From: a virus
DNA length: 64,000 nt
Reading direction: 5' to 3' (one strand)
IMG/VR virus record: IMGVR_UViG_3300030616_000016
Location: 70,561 to 134,560 of that record
The position numbers and the translations under genes were made by a program. The notes below the pieces were generated by a model. That model was not told where the DNA came from. It was given only the letters and a program-made list of their open reading frames with translations, and ran no database searches. Positions within the stretch are counted from its first letter, which is position 1. Each line of letters begins with the position of its first letter. Shown in pieces: positions 28,240 to 37,525 of the stretch.

Positions 28240-29895
28240 TTATTTTTTAATACTGATAGAGAACATTTCTTTATCCTCTGTAAAGTATACACTGGTACCA
28301 TCAGTGTATAGTGGCATTGATGAGTCTATCGGCGGATTAGTAATAATGCGTTTTTGATTATCTTTAGAGATCTCAATCTTTTGATCGCTAAATACATCAA
28401 TGCAAACTCCATTATTAAGAACAATGAAATTGATATTATCAACATCGCGCTCTTCTTTGTCTAGCAGAATACCTTTATTTTCTTTGCTGCATAGTTTGAA
28501 TCGGAATCTATAATATTTACCAGATTCTTCTGCTATGCATACTAGAATTCCTCTGCTATGTTTTGCATTGATTATTCTAAGTCCATGGAGTTCCTCAATA
28601 GGACCTAGAAAACTACCAGAATCTTCTAATGGCGCATATGCCCAACATTTGTCTAGGAAGTTGCTAATTACTACTCCACTAAACATTTGATTCATAGTAC
28701 CAAGATTTTGGGATGGATTCGAGCATGCCGCGCTCTTATTCCCCATATTTTTTGCATATACCTCATATACTGAGGCGCCGTTTCTGCAAAATATACTACC
28801 ATTGTATATCATGGCTTTGTCTGCGGCAAATTTACCTGGTATATCCGTTTCTATTTCTACACAGCCATTATCAATTATGCCTAACACAGGGTCAGGAGAT
28901 AGATTGCATAGAAATGCCTTTTTATTGGATATATCCTTAAATATGGATTTACCACAGTATATTGCCTTATCCGTAAATGTATAGAAAATACCATTTAGGA
29001 ATTGTATTGATTTAATCGGCTCATTGTACTTATACATTGATTTAATGTCAAAATTTGCTGTGCTTCTTATAGTCTTTTGAACCATAGCTATATTAATTGT
29101 AGCGTCAGGTTTAGGTGGAGCGCTGCGTTTATTCTCAATGAATATTGACTTAAACCACTCCATATGAGCTTTAGGAATAACTGAGAAGTCTTGACATACG
29201 GATGGAATGGTAACCTTACTATCAAATACGGATATACCATCATCCATTCGCTTAGTAAATTCTCTTGGTTTATAGTCTGGGTGTTTACCCTTATAAGGAT
29301 GGATACCAACATAAAGCTGAAATGCTATTACTGCAAACGAGAACCAATCGCTTAGTTCTGTGAACTTTTTGGCTAAGCGGTCTCTTATTGAATCCATAAT
29401 AGCATTAGCTGGAAATGACTTTGTCTGATAACTGTCAACGTCAATAAAGTAAGGTACTTTATGACCTTTGTCTATCAGAAAGTTCATTTCATTCATATCT
29501 ACTATCAGGCATTGTTTAGAATGAATGTGCTCGACCGTGTCTTGTATATTGCGCACAATTTCTAATACTTGATTAGGAGATATATTATTATCTTTTCTGT
29601 ACTGCTTAGTAAAGAGCTTGCATAGAGCACTTGTCTCTTTAATATACTTCATTGTATATCCGATGACATTGCTTGTCTTTTTATCGCAAACAATATCTTC
29701 CGGTTTGATAACATTGCCGGCTGTTATATAGCCAAGCTCTTCAATCTTTCTTAATGGTATCATATGCTTGATATCATTATAAATCTTGAAGGCAATATTG
29801 TCTTTTTTATATACAGAACCTTGACCACCAGATGCAATAAAATCATTGTCTTTCAGGTCAAATGAAGCCTTTGTTCTATTTACAATGACTCTCAT
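28240..29895 (-). CDS. Ser/Thr protein kinase-like domain protein with large C-terminal domain
   Basis: Gly-rich loop SGGQGSVYKK with IAFKIY (VAIK Lys), catalytic-loop-like LIVDMNEMNFLI, DFG-like IDVDS. C-terminal ~280 aa unassigned. Confidence 0.65.
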   Translation of the reverse strand: MRVIVNRTKASFDLKDNDFIASGGQGSVYKKDNIAFKIYNDIKHMIPLRKIEELGYITAGNVIKPEDIVCDKKTSNVIGYTMKYIKETSALCKLFTKQYRKDNNISPNQVLEIVRNIQDTVEHIHSKQCLIVDMNEMNFLIDKGHKVPYFIDVDSYQTKSFPANAIMDSIRDRLAKKFTELSDWFSFAVIAFQLYVGIHPYKGKHPDYKPREFTKRMDDGISVFDSKVTIPSVCQDFSVIPKAHMEWFKSIFIENKRSAPPKPDATINIAMVQKTIRSTANFDIKSMYKYNEPIKSIQFLNGIFYTFTDKAIYCGKSIFKDISNKKAFLCNLSPDPVLGIIDNGCVEIETDIPGKFAADKAMIYNGSIFCRNGASVYEVYAKNMGNKSAACSNPSQNLGTMNQMFSGVVISNFLDKCWAYAPLEDSGSFLGPIEELHGLRIINAKHSRGILVCIAEESGKYYRFRFKLCSKENKGILLDKEERDVDNINFIVLNNGVCIDVFSDQKIEISKDNQKRIITNPPIDSSMPLYTDGTSVYFTEDKEMFSISIKK

Positions 29896-30731
29896 GGCTT
29901 ATCCTTAAGCAGTGTAGCACATGCTATATCATCAAAGTGCTTATTGTTTATTTTGGAATCCATGATGCGTATTTTCTTCATTCTTCTTTTTACAAACTCT
30001 CCTTTGAAGGTTTTATATACAGTCATTCGTATAGCGTTATCAAGCACACTTGTATTTTCAAAAGAGCTTATACCATCAGTGAACAGGCTTATGCTCATTC
30101 CTTCTGCCATTGGCGCACTAGACATTATGTATGGCTCGAACATGGGGATTGTAGAGCTCTTAAAGTCTTCGTCTGGGTTATATGACAATACTGTTTTTTC
30201 TGGATTGCCCAATATATCCATAGTATTCATATAGTCTTTAATCTTTTCATCTTCCATGCGATATGCAAGATAGTATGGCATGTTAGATGTATATGATATT
30301 TCTTCAATACGAATCCATGGATTTGGGTCATTCGCTCTATCAAAACCATCATTAAAGACAACTACTCCATCTCCCCATACTGCTATGCCAAATCCCTCAT
30401 TATTGGCTATTACTACCATAAGCGTGGCATAGAATGTCTGGATGTCAAGACAAAGAGCTATTGCTACTTTTGATAGCGCTCCCAACACTTTATTTTCAAA
30501 TGAACAAAGAGCAGTTGATAATGTCTTGTGTCCAAACATAACTATTGAGCTTCTTAATGCTTGTTCTGCAGCAATTCCAAGTATTTTTGCACCAAGGTCT
30601 GTGTTTTGTGCAGAAGAACAGCCGTCACAGACGATACCATAGGAATAACCATAGATATCGCCTGTGATAGCATAATCTTCACACATATCATGACTGGCAC
30701 CAATTTCTACAAAACTATCTTTCTGTATCAT
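29892..30731 (-). CDS. PP2C-family (PPM) Ser/Thr phosphatase
   Basis: GIVCDGCSSAQNTDLGAK (PP2C metal-binding region F-G-V-x-DGHGG-like) and FTDGIS (DG motif). Confidence 0.6.
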   Translation of the reverse strand: MIQKDSFVEIGASHDMCEDYAITGDIYGYSYGIVCDGCSSAQNTDLGAKILGIAAEQALRSSIVMFGHKTLSTALCSFENKVLGALSKVAIALCLDIQTFYATLMVVIANNEGFGIAVWGDGVVVFNDGFDRANDPNPWIRIEEISYTSNMPYYLAYRMEDEKIKDYMNTMDILGNPEKTVLSYNPDEDFKSSTIPMFEPYIMSSAPMAEGMSISLFTDGISSFENTSVLDNAIRMTVYKTFKGEFVKRRMKKIRIMDSKINNKHFDDIACATLLKDKP

Positions 30732-30747
30732 TGGTACTCCCAGTCAT

Positions 30748-31497
30748 TTAGAAGTTAAGAATTGAAGATGCCGAGCCGGATCCAAGAGACTGTGATTGTG
30801 AGGATATGCTTTGACTCACAAATTCAGCCAGCTTTGCAAGCTTGGATGGAGTAGCTTCTCCGACAGATACGTATTTATCAAGGTTTGCATTATCCTTGAA
30901 TGTAGTCAAGAAATTCTTGACTGCAGGATCTTTATCAATCCCGATAAGAACCGTAATAATTGATTCGAGGCTTTCTTCTCTTGTGATATCATCTACTAAC
31001 GTAGCAACTTGTACTGGCGCATTATTTGATTGATTATCAGCGCCATCTGTAATGATAAATACAATTGCATTTGTTAGGAGATCTACTTTATCATACATCT
31101 GCTTGCTATACTGATGTGTTGCTTCGATGCCTTCATATGTTGCATCAAATAATGCAGTTGTACCGCCTGTACGGATGATATTAGAGTATTCATCATCACT
31201 AATATCACTTAGGAGGCGGAAACCATGCATTTCGTTCAGATTAGCATTGAATGTAGTGAAGCGAACCATTAAGTTTTCTGCACGTGGAGACTTTTTGCAT
31301 GATTCGATTACAGTTTTCAGCATATCCTCAATATCATCTTTGTATGGAGACACTGAAGAAGATACGTCGATAATAATTGAAACGAGTGTATATTCAGAAG
31401 CACCTAGTTCATCAAGCTTTACAGCACTGAATCTGAAGTTTGATGCAGTCTGCATACTGGTTATGTTTGCAAGATCTTTATCCATTAATCTTGGCAT
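30748..31497 (-). CDS. von Willebrand factor A (vWA) domain protein, TerY-like
   Basis: MIDAS motif VSIIIDVSSSVSP (D-x-S-x-S), downstream T and D residues consistent with vWA. Confidence 0.7.
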   Translation of the reverse strand: MPRLMDKDLANITSMQTASNFRFSAVKLDELGASEYTLVSIIIDVSSSVSPYKDDIEDMLKTVIESCKKSPRAENLMVRFTTFNANLNEMHGFRLLSDISDDEYSNIIRTGGTTALFDATYEGIEATHQYSKQMYDKVDLLTNAIVFIITDGADNQSNNAPVQVATLVDDITREESLESIITVLIGIDKDPAVKNFLTTFKDNANLDKYVSVGEATPSKLAKLAEFVSQSISSQSQSLGSGSASSILNF

Positions 31498-31499
31498 GG

Positions 31500-32486
31500 T
31501 TATTTCCTTTCTTTGTTAAGCCTGTTTCCTTCTCCTAAATGCATAAGGGGAAGCGGTTTAGGGCTATCACCATTTAGGAAGTATACCTTGGTAGCCGGGT
31601 CTTTTGTAATTGTACCTAGTGCTTTAAGTGCTTCAAGCTGGATATATGCAGGATTATTTGCAATAGCATCGTTAACTTTCTGAATTTCATATGCTTTTGC
31701 GTCTGCAAGGATCTTCTGTTTTTCTGCTGAAAGCATTGCGGCGTCTTTATCTGCCTGAGCAGTTTTAACTTTCTTCTGCTGTTCAGTCTCAAACCTGCGC
31801 AACTCTGCTTTCTCACGTTCAGCTTCCTGCTCGCGTTTCTTCTTACTCTCAACACCTTGCTGGATTGTGTTGGGAAGTTGAATATTTCTAATGAGAACAG
31901 CTTCAACATCAAGGCCCTTTGGTGCAACGTATTCTTTAATTGAAGTAAGAAGATTTGCCTGCATCTTTTGCTGAATTTCTTCCCTAAAGAATGACTCTGC
32001 AGTTTTCACACTTTTACCTTGTTCTCGCAATAAGCTTCGGAACTTGGGTAACATGTGTACTTCCATAAGGTCTTTAGGATTACCGGTTTCTTGCAGAATG
32101 TCTGGAGCCATAGACTTGATAATTCGATACTGACAGCTTACATCGAATGTCGTAACAAGCTGGTCCATACTTGGGATGGGAACCTGGCTCATTGTAATAC
32201 TTTTCTGACGACAATCGAATTCTTCCCAATCATACAAAGGATTGGTAAGGTGAATGCCTGCTTCATAGGGCTGATCAACGACTTTACCAAAGAATGTAGC
32301 TACTCCAATATGTCCTGGAGGTATTGAGATAACACATGAAGCGATGAGAGTAATAGCGCCGACGGCTCCTACCAGTAGACCGCCAAGAATATAAGGACGC
32401 CTTTTTTCTTCTGATTTAGCCATAAGACCATATACAAACACCAACAAACCGATTAATGCAATTATAATACCAAGAGCAAGTATCAT
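31500..32486 (-). CDS. SPFH/band-7 (stomatin/prohibitin/HflKC) membrane protein
   Basis: N-terminal TM, then IPPGHIGVATFFGKV and an extended E/K/A-rich coiled region typical of SPFH proteins. Confidence 0.75.
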   Translation of the reverse strand: MILALGIIIALIGLLVFVYGLMAKSEEKRRPYILGGLLVGAVGAITLIASCVISIPPGHIGVATFFGKVVDQPYEAGIHLTNPLYDWEEFDCRQKSITMSQVPIPSMDQLVTTFDVSCQYRIIKSMAPDILQETGNPKDLMEVHMLPKFRSLLREQGKSVKTAESFFREEIQQKMQANLLTSIKEYVAPKGLDVEAVLIRNIQLPNTIQQGVESKKKREQEAEREKAELRRFETEQQKKVKTAQADKDAAMLSAEKQKILADAKAYEIQKVNDAIANNPAYIQLEALKALGTITKDPATKVYFLNGDSPKPLPLMHLGEGNRLNKERK

Positions 32487-32508
32487 ATTACTACCTTTCT
32501 AAATCAAA

Positions 32509-32646
32509 TTACTTTTTAGTATATATACCAATGAAACCATTCCACTGGTAATTTTTGTACTTAATACCACAAATGAATCCAAACAATAGTGTAGATAGAA
32601 CAACAAAGCCTATCATTATTAAAGTAGCTTTTGCTAATTGTTTCAT
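32509..32646 (-). CDS. Small single-TM protein (45 aa), not in supplied ORF track
   Basis: MKQLAKATLIMIGFVVLSTLLFGFICGIKYKNYQWNGFIGIYTKK, directly downstream of the SPFH gene. Confidence 0.25.
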   Translation of the reverse strand: MKQLAKATLIMIGFVVLSTLLFGFICGIKYKNYQWNGFIGIYTKK

Positions 32647-32921
32647 TCTACACCTCTATAATAAGTAAGTTTCCGTATAGCAGCCAACTCCTGGGGAAAT
32701 CGACATTAGGAAAGCATGTCGACTAACTATATGTCTCCATATAGAACAGGTGAAACGTTGGTTTCTCGATTAACTTTCACCTTTCAGCTGTCAACTTTCA
32801 AATCCTGAACTTTGAATTTTAAAGTTTGAGCTTTGAAGGGCTAAGTTTAGTTCGTATTATGAGTACGATACGTAATTCCTATTTTCTTTTCTCCCTCTTC
32901 GCTATGGAAAACTTATTGTAT

Positions 32922-33440
32922 TTATTCTATTGTAATAGTAGTCGTTGCATTGATCATTGACAGCTTACCGTCAATTTCATCTTCAATTTCGCCAAGCTCT
33001 TCCAGTTTCTTATGAACACTTGGTGCATCGACACTGATGACAAGTCCCGCACTGTCTTTGTCGAAGCTGTTGTTCATCGATTCTTCTTGCTTTACATGGC
33101 TATAAACTTGCATATATGAAGTTTTAATTGAAGGGAGAGTTTCTCTTCTCCAAATTAGCCATTCTGCAATTGTCATTTCATAATTGCCAATTTTAACAAC
33201 AGTTGCTTCATTTGCAAGCTGAATTGCCATTCTGATGTTCTTTTTGCGTTCGGCAAGATCAGTGATTGTTTGCATTGTATCTTGCACGAATTTTGCTGAT
33301 CCGCCTTCATTTTCGTATGGATCCTTAAATTTCTCATTCCTTATAGAAACATCAATAACTGCTTTAGTTTTCTTGTTAATCTTATTATTGATGAGTTTAA
33401 TTTCTGCGAGCCCTTCCGTAATAGTCATGTTTGATTCCAT
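32922..33440 (-). CDS. Hypothetical protein
   Basis: Start placed at MESNMTIT, which has GAGGAAAGG SD-like sequence upstream. Confidence 0.5.
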   Translation of the reverse strand: MESNMTITEGLAEIKLINNKINKKTKAVIDVSIRNEKFKDPYENEGGSAKFVQDTMQTITDLAERKKNIRMAIQLANEATVVKIGNYEMTIAEWLIWRRETLPSIKTSYMQVYSHVKQEESMNNSFDKDSAGLVISVDAPSVHKKLEELGEIEDEIDGKLSMINATTTITIE

Positions 33441-33633
33441 GCTGAACCTTTCCTCTCTATTAATTTGTTTTAACCAAAAATTCACCAAACAACACAACTT
33501 GCTTATTAAATGATAATTAGATAGTTACTTAGATAATCAAATTATTTGATAGATCGGTAACATATCTCAATTATGCAATTTTTTGGTAATATATGTATAT
33601 CACTGTGCCTTAAAATGAGTACCTATTATCGTT

Positions 33634-33883
33634 TATCAAGGTGCATTCGTAAGACCCCTGGCTTTAGCCATGGGGATATAAGAATGCGTTTTTCTCTTGA
33701 CATTTACAGAAATCTGTGCTATACTTTTGCTAATGATCGAAAACCAAGATCATTGGCAAAGAATTTAGATACCGCAGGGCATGCGGAAATTTACGCCTTT
33801 GGAGAAGATGTAAGACTTGTCTGCTTGAAAGCAGTCTTCAGTGAATTAGGAAGCCCCCGCCTTTAGGCGTGGGGTAATGTCAC
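33634..33883 (+). mobile_element. Miniature deletion derivative (MITE-like) of the IS200/IS605 element at 21866-23167
   Basis: Keeps the left end, the first 14 codons of tnpB (MRFSLDIYRNLCYT), then jumps to the last ~50 codons and the right-end hairpin. Near-identical at nucleotide level to the full copy. Confidence 0.75.
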
Positions 33884-33887
33884 CTGA

Positions 33888-35558
33888 TTAGTTTATAAGG
33901 CAAAACAGATACTTCTGAATTCTGTCACTGCCTGTTGCATATTCGTCTATCAGGCGATATAAGAGCTTGTCCCAGCCTTTAGATAGCATCAACTGCATTA
34001 CAGTGATGTATATCCTTGTTCCAGACCTCTTACCACTATTTGCATATATTCCATCATCAGATAGCTTACGACTGCATGCATGAGTATTTGTCTGGTGGCT
34101 GAACTTATCTAATACTATCCAGAACACTTTCCCAGACCATGCCTCAACTGTCTGTCCGTTATAAGTATGCTTTTGTGGCTTGCATTCTTTTATAAGAGCA
34201 GATGGTATATTCCCATCTTCTCCTTCTAGAAAGTGAGGAACGGGCGCCGGCCCTGATTCCTCTGCAATATTATTAAGCATAGCTTCTACTATCTGACCTG
34301 GATTCCTACGCTTTAGAGTTGCAAGAGCGTTGGTTACCACTTCTGCTGGTTTGCCATCTATCTTAGGCATTTGCTCGTCTGGTATAATATTTACTATACC
34401 TTTATTACCGTGACGATTTGTAATTTTGTCGCCACTTCTGAGAATATGAAATCTCTCGTATTCGACAATAAGTTTTGTACAAACTGTGTTTGCTACTTTT
34501 GTTCTTATCTCACTGATATTAGACAGTTTAGCTTCACGCTTGACATGACATTTAAGCGTGATTGTTTCTTCTCCATCAGAATAAGAACCAATTATCTGAT
34601 TTGGTCTTACAATGTCTCCGGCTTTGGCTTCCATCTTTAGGCTTTGTTTGCACCATCCTGGTACTACGAATGTCTGTTTCTCAGGAATGACACATGTCAT
34701 TTTTCTAGCTGCTGACTTACTCATAACAATCTGTTCTTTGTATACACCAGGCATGATTGCATGAACTGTAAGTAAGTGCTTGCCATTAAGATTGTTATCA
34801 TAATCTTCTGGAAACACCATAGGTTTATCTGGACTAACTAGCTTGCTGGAAGCCTTGAAATTAGATGCAGTGGTTCTGCGGCGATTATATTCTGGTACAA
34901 TAAGATTCTTATTGAGTATATCGCAATAAACCCGACCTCTTTTGGTGAAGCATCCAATATCGTTTATTTTGCATTCTTCAGCCATGTACATTGTGCGACC
35001 ACAATTCCCCGATGACTGACTTATACTTGTCCAATCAAGAATGCCTTCTGTATTGAATGGCATAAATTCATCCGTTCGTTCTTGAAATAGCTCTAATGAT
35101 ATTTTGGGTCCATAGTGAGTAGCTATTCCCTTTACGACATGAGATAATCTTGAAGTTTTAAGTAAATTATCGAGCTTCATTTGAGCTGTGGTAGAATCTT
35201 CTTGATGTCCGAACATAAAGAAGTCTGACAGTTGTGTAGCATATGCTTGCTTAATGAATTTAAGAAGAAGCTCGTATGGTGTTGATAAATATGTGTGATT
35301 AATATTCATACATCTGTTATTAAAGATTGGCATTGGATTAAGTGTATAGCATAATTGCCGGCTTATTCCATTTACAGAAAACATACCCTTGTTATCAATC
35401 TTAGGTATATTTAGTTTTACGACTGTTTGCATGCTCTGGGATGCCTCTTTAACAAGCATTTTTGTATGAAATAGGTCATCATATTCTTCTATATGACAGT
35501 CAACAGGCAAACAATTACATATAGGAAACAATCTTGCAAGATGAGACTTATTCATCAT
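33888..35558 (-). CDS. Multisubunit RNA polymerase beta-subunit-like protein (C-terminal half homolog)
   Basis: SGDKITNRHGNKGIVNII matches beta region GDK-x-AGRHGNKGV. AIMPGVY...QIVMSKSA resembles the beta AVMPWxGYNFEDAI region. Confidence 0.7.
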   Translation of the reverse strand: MMNKSHLARLFPICNCLPVDCHIEEYDDLFHTKMLVKEASQSMQTVVKLNIPKIDNKGMFSVNGISRQLCYTLNPMPIFNNRCMNINHTYLSTPYELLLKFIKQAYATQLSDFFMFGHQEDSTTAQMKLDNLLKTSRLSHVVKGIATHYGPKISLELFQERTDEFMPFNTEGILDWTSISQSSGNCGRTMYMAEECKINDIGCFTKRGRVYCDILNKNLIVPEYNRRRTTASNFKASSKLVSPDKPMVFPEDYDNNLNGKHLLTVHAIMPGVYKEQIVMSKSAARKMTCVIPEKQTFVVPGWCKQSLKMEAKAGDIVRPNQIIGSYSDGEETITLKCHVKREAKLSNISEIRTKVANTVCTKLIVEYERFHILRSGDKITNRHGNKGIVNIIPDEQMPKIDGKPAEVVTNALATLKRRNPGQIVEAMLNNIAEESGPAPVPHFLEGEDGNIPSALIKECKPQKHTYNGQTVEAWSGKVFWIVLDKFSHQTNTHACSRKLSDDGIYANSGKRSGTRIYITVMQLMLSKGWDKLLYRLIDEYATGSDRIQKYLFCLIN

Positions 35559-37074
35559 TATCTTTCTCCAATACTAGGACTCTGTCCCTGAGATACTTGA
35601 TGAGTTGATTTTTGTCTTCGTTATTCAGTACATTCATGATGTGTTCTATGGCTAGAGTATAGAAAGCGTCGCCTTCTACCATGCTTAGTCTAGGATCAAA
35701 CACTGCATAGAATATAGAATTCTCTGCGTCTACTATATCATTAATTAACTTAGGGTTATCCCTATTATATAGTAGATTAAGATATGGCTCGACTTGTTCT
35801 ACGTCTATCTCACAATCTTTAAGTATTTCGCGAGCTACGTTTATGTCGCTAATACCATCATTTTTAAGTACTTTAATGAGACTGACATATGATTCATCAA
35901 GTTTATGTTTAGAATCAAATAGGCGCTGGTTTGCTTGTTCTGATAGCTTATCTGCAGCTTTGGCTATTTCTATATTGCCATCTGCCAATACTCTTGCACG
36001 ACATGCTGCGGCTCCAGCCTTGCCAATCTCTGATTTCTGGAGAATGAGGCCTTTTGCAACCTTGATGTCGTCTTCTCGTATTTCAGATAAGGACTTGCCT
36101 TTAAAGAATCCTGTAAGGTCCTTAACGTCAATGTCTTCTGCATTACACATGGCTTTTATTGTCTCAGAATTTTCTGTGTCAATAAGGTCATGTGGTCCAA
36201 TTACTCTGAATTTTGAGATTCTTTTTACACCATCATCTATTATGTTTTCCAAGTCAGGGGTTTCTTCTTGATTATCGATAAGAAACTCTTTGTCCCACTT
36301 TGTTGTGGACCAGTCTTCTTCTATATCAATATCAGGATACCCAAGTACTGTTTCAATTAGATCTCCATCGGAATCAGCACCCATGCCATCAGTAATAATG
36401 GGATGAATAATGATCCTGTTGGATTTAGTAGGAAGTATGTATAACTTGCGCATAGAATCGTTGTGTAGCAAGGGATTTCTGAATGCAATTACATAAGGCT
36501 TCCCTTCTGTATTGGACTCTTCTTTCCTTTCTTTCCACTTTTCTATGAACTTGACATATATATGCTGAGGTAATTTTATGTGGTCATAAGGCATTCTGAA
36601 GTCGGTAGCAATATGGCCTTTACCAGAATATAATGCTCTGAAACCAAGGATATATGTATTAAACAATCCTGATTTACCGACCAGCTCTTTAGCCATTATT
36701 TTCCATACTCTTTCAGCACTATCTTCCACTACTTCTGTGTCAATATTGCCAATACCAAGTTGGCTAATTGACACAAGTAGTTTTTCTGTAGCGATTTGTA
36801 TATCATTTAATACTATGTGCCCGGCTACTGGTCCTGGCATATTCATATTAGGGATTATTACTTTTTGAACCTTCTTGCCGAAGTAATTATTTATTTCAAT
36901 CGGCAAGTGTACATACCCGCCATACTGAAGTACATCTTCATCAAGTATGGTGTTTTTGAGGTTCTTATTAAGTAAATCCGGTTTTGAAATGATCGCTTTT
37001 GTTGTATTCGAAAATAGATTTCTTCGTATCTGTATATTACCACACTGTTTCGATAAACTCGTCAGATTCATCAT
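35548..37074 (-). CDS. Multisubunit RNA polymerase beta-prime-like protein (N-terminal part with catalytic loop)
   Basis: AFRNPLLHNDSMRKLYIL...IIIHPIITDGMGADSDGD parallels the beta-prime LNRQPTLHRLGIQAF...IQLHPLVCAAFNADFDGD region. Confidence 0.65.
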   Translation of the reverse strand: MMNLTSLSKQCGNIQIRRNLFSNTTKAIISKPDLLNKNLKNTILDEDVLQYGGYVHLPIEINNYFGKKVQKVIIPNMNMPGPVAGHIVLNDIQIATEKLLVSISQLGIGNIDTEVVEDSAERVWKIMAKELVGKSGLFNTYILGFRALYSGKGHIATDFRMPYDHIKLPQHIYVKFIEKWKERKEESNTEGKPYVIAFRNPLLHNDSMRKLYILPTKSNRIIIHPIITDGMGADSDGDLIETVLGYPDIDIEEDWSTTKWDKEFLIDNQEETPDLENIIDDGVKRISKFRVIGPHDLIDTENSETIKAMCNAEDIDVKDLTGFFKGKSLSEIREDDIKVAKGLILQKSEIGKAGAAACRARVLADGNIEIAKAADKLSEQANQRLFDSKHKLDESYVSLIKVLKNDGISDINVAREILKDCEIDVEQVEPYLNLLYNRDNPKLINDIVDAENSIFYAVFDPRLSMVEGDAFYTLAIEHIMNVLNNEDKNQLIKYLRDRVLVLEKDNDE

Positions 37075-37417
37075 CTATGTCTCCGTCTTCAATTTTTGTT
37101 TTATACCAGAAAGATATTGTATCATTTCCATAGTTCTTTCCAGGGATTCTGGAACCATGGAGTTCTCCGAATGCTGCGTTGCTTTCGCAACTCCAGGGAA
37201 GATTTATATGCATCTTATTCTTTAATCTTCCGTCTTCGGCTCTTTCTAACTTTCTGACTTTAACAAAAACTGGAACAGGCACGTATACAGAACCATCTTC
37301 TTCCTTTTTAACTGGCAATCCGCATATTTTGCCCTCTTGATCCTTTGAACTTGTGAATCTTACTGCTTGATCGATAATCTCAGTGAAGCGCTGATTAGGC
37401 TTGAGAAACGTTAGCAA
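37037..37417 (-). CDS. Hypothetical protein
   Basis: ORF of 126 aa. Confidence 0.4.
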   Translation of the reverse strand: MLTFLKPNQRFTEIIDQAVRFTSSKDQEGKICGLPVKKEEDGSVYVPVPVFVKVRKLERAEDGRLKNKMHINLPWSCESNAAFGELHGSRIPGKNYGNDTISFWYKTKIEDGDIDDESDEFIETVW

Positions 37418-37525
37418 TTGGCAACTCCTTACGTCTTTTTTGAGGTAGGAAGGGAATAAAAAGAGCTGGAATACTTACCAATAAAGGTAAATATTCCAGC
37501 TCAATCCATGTTTGGAGACATTGGA

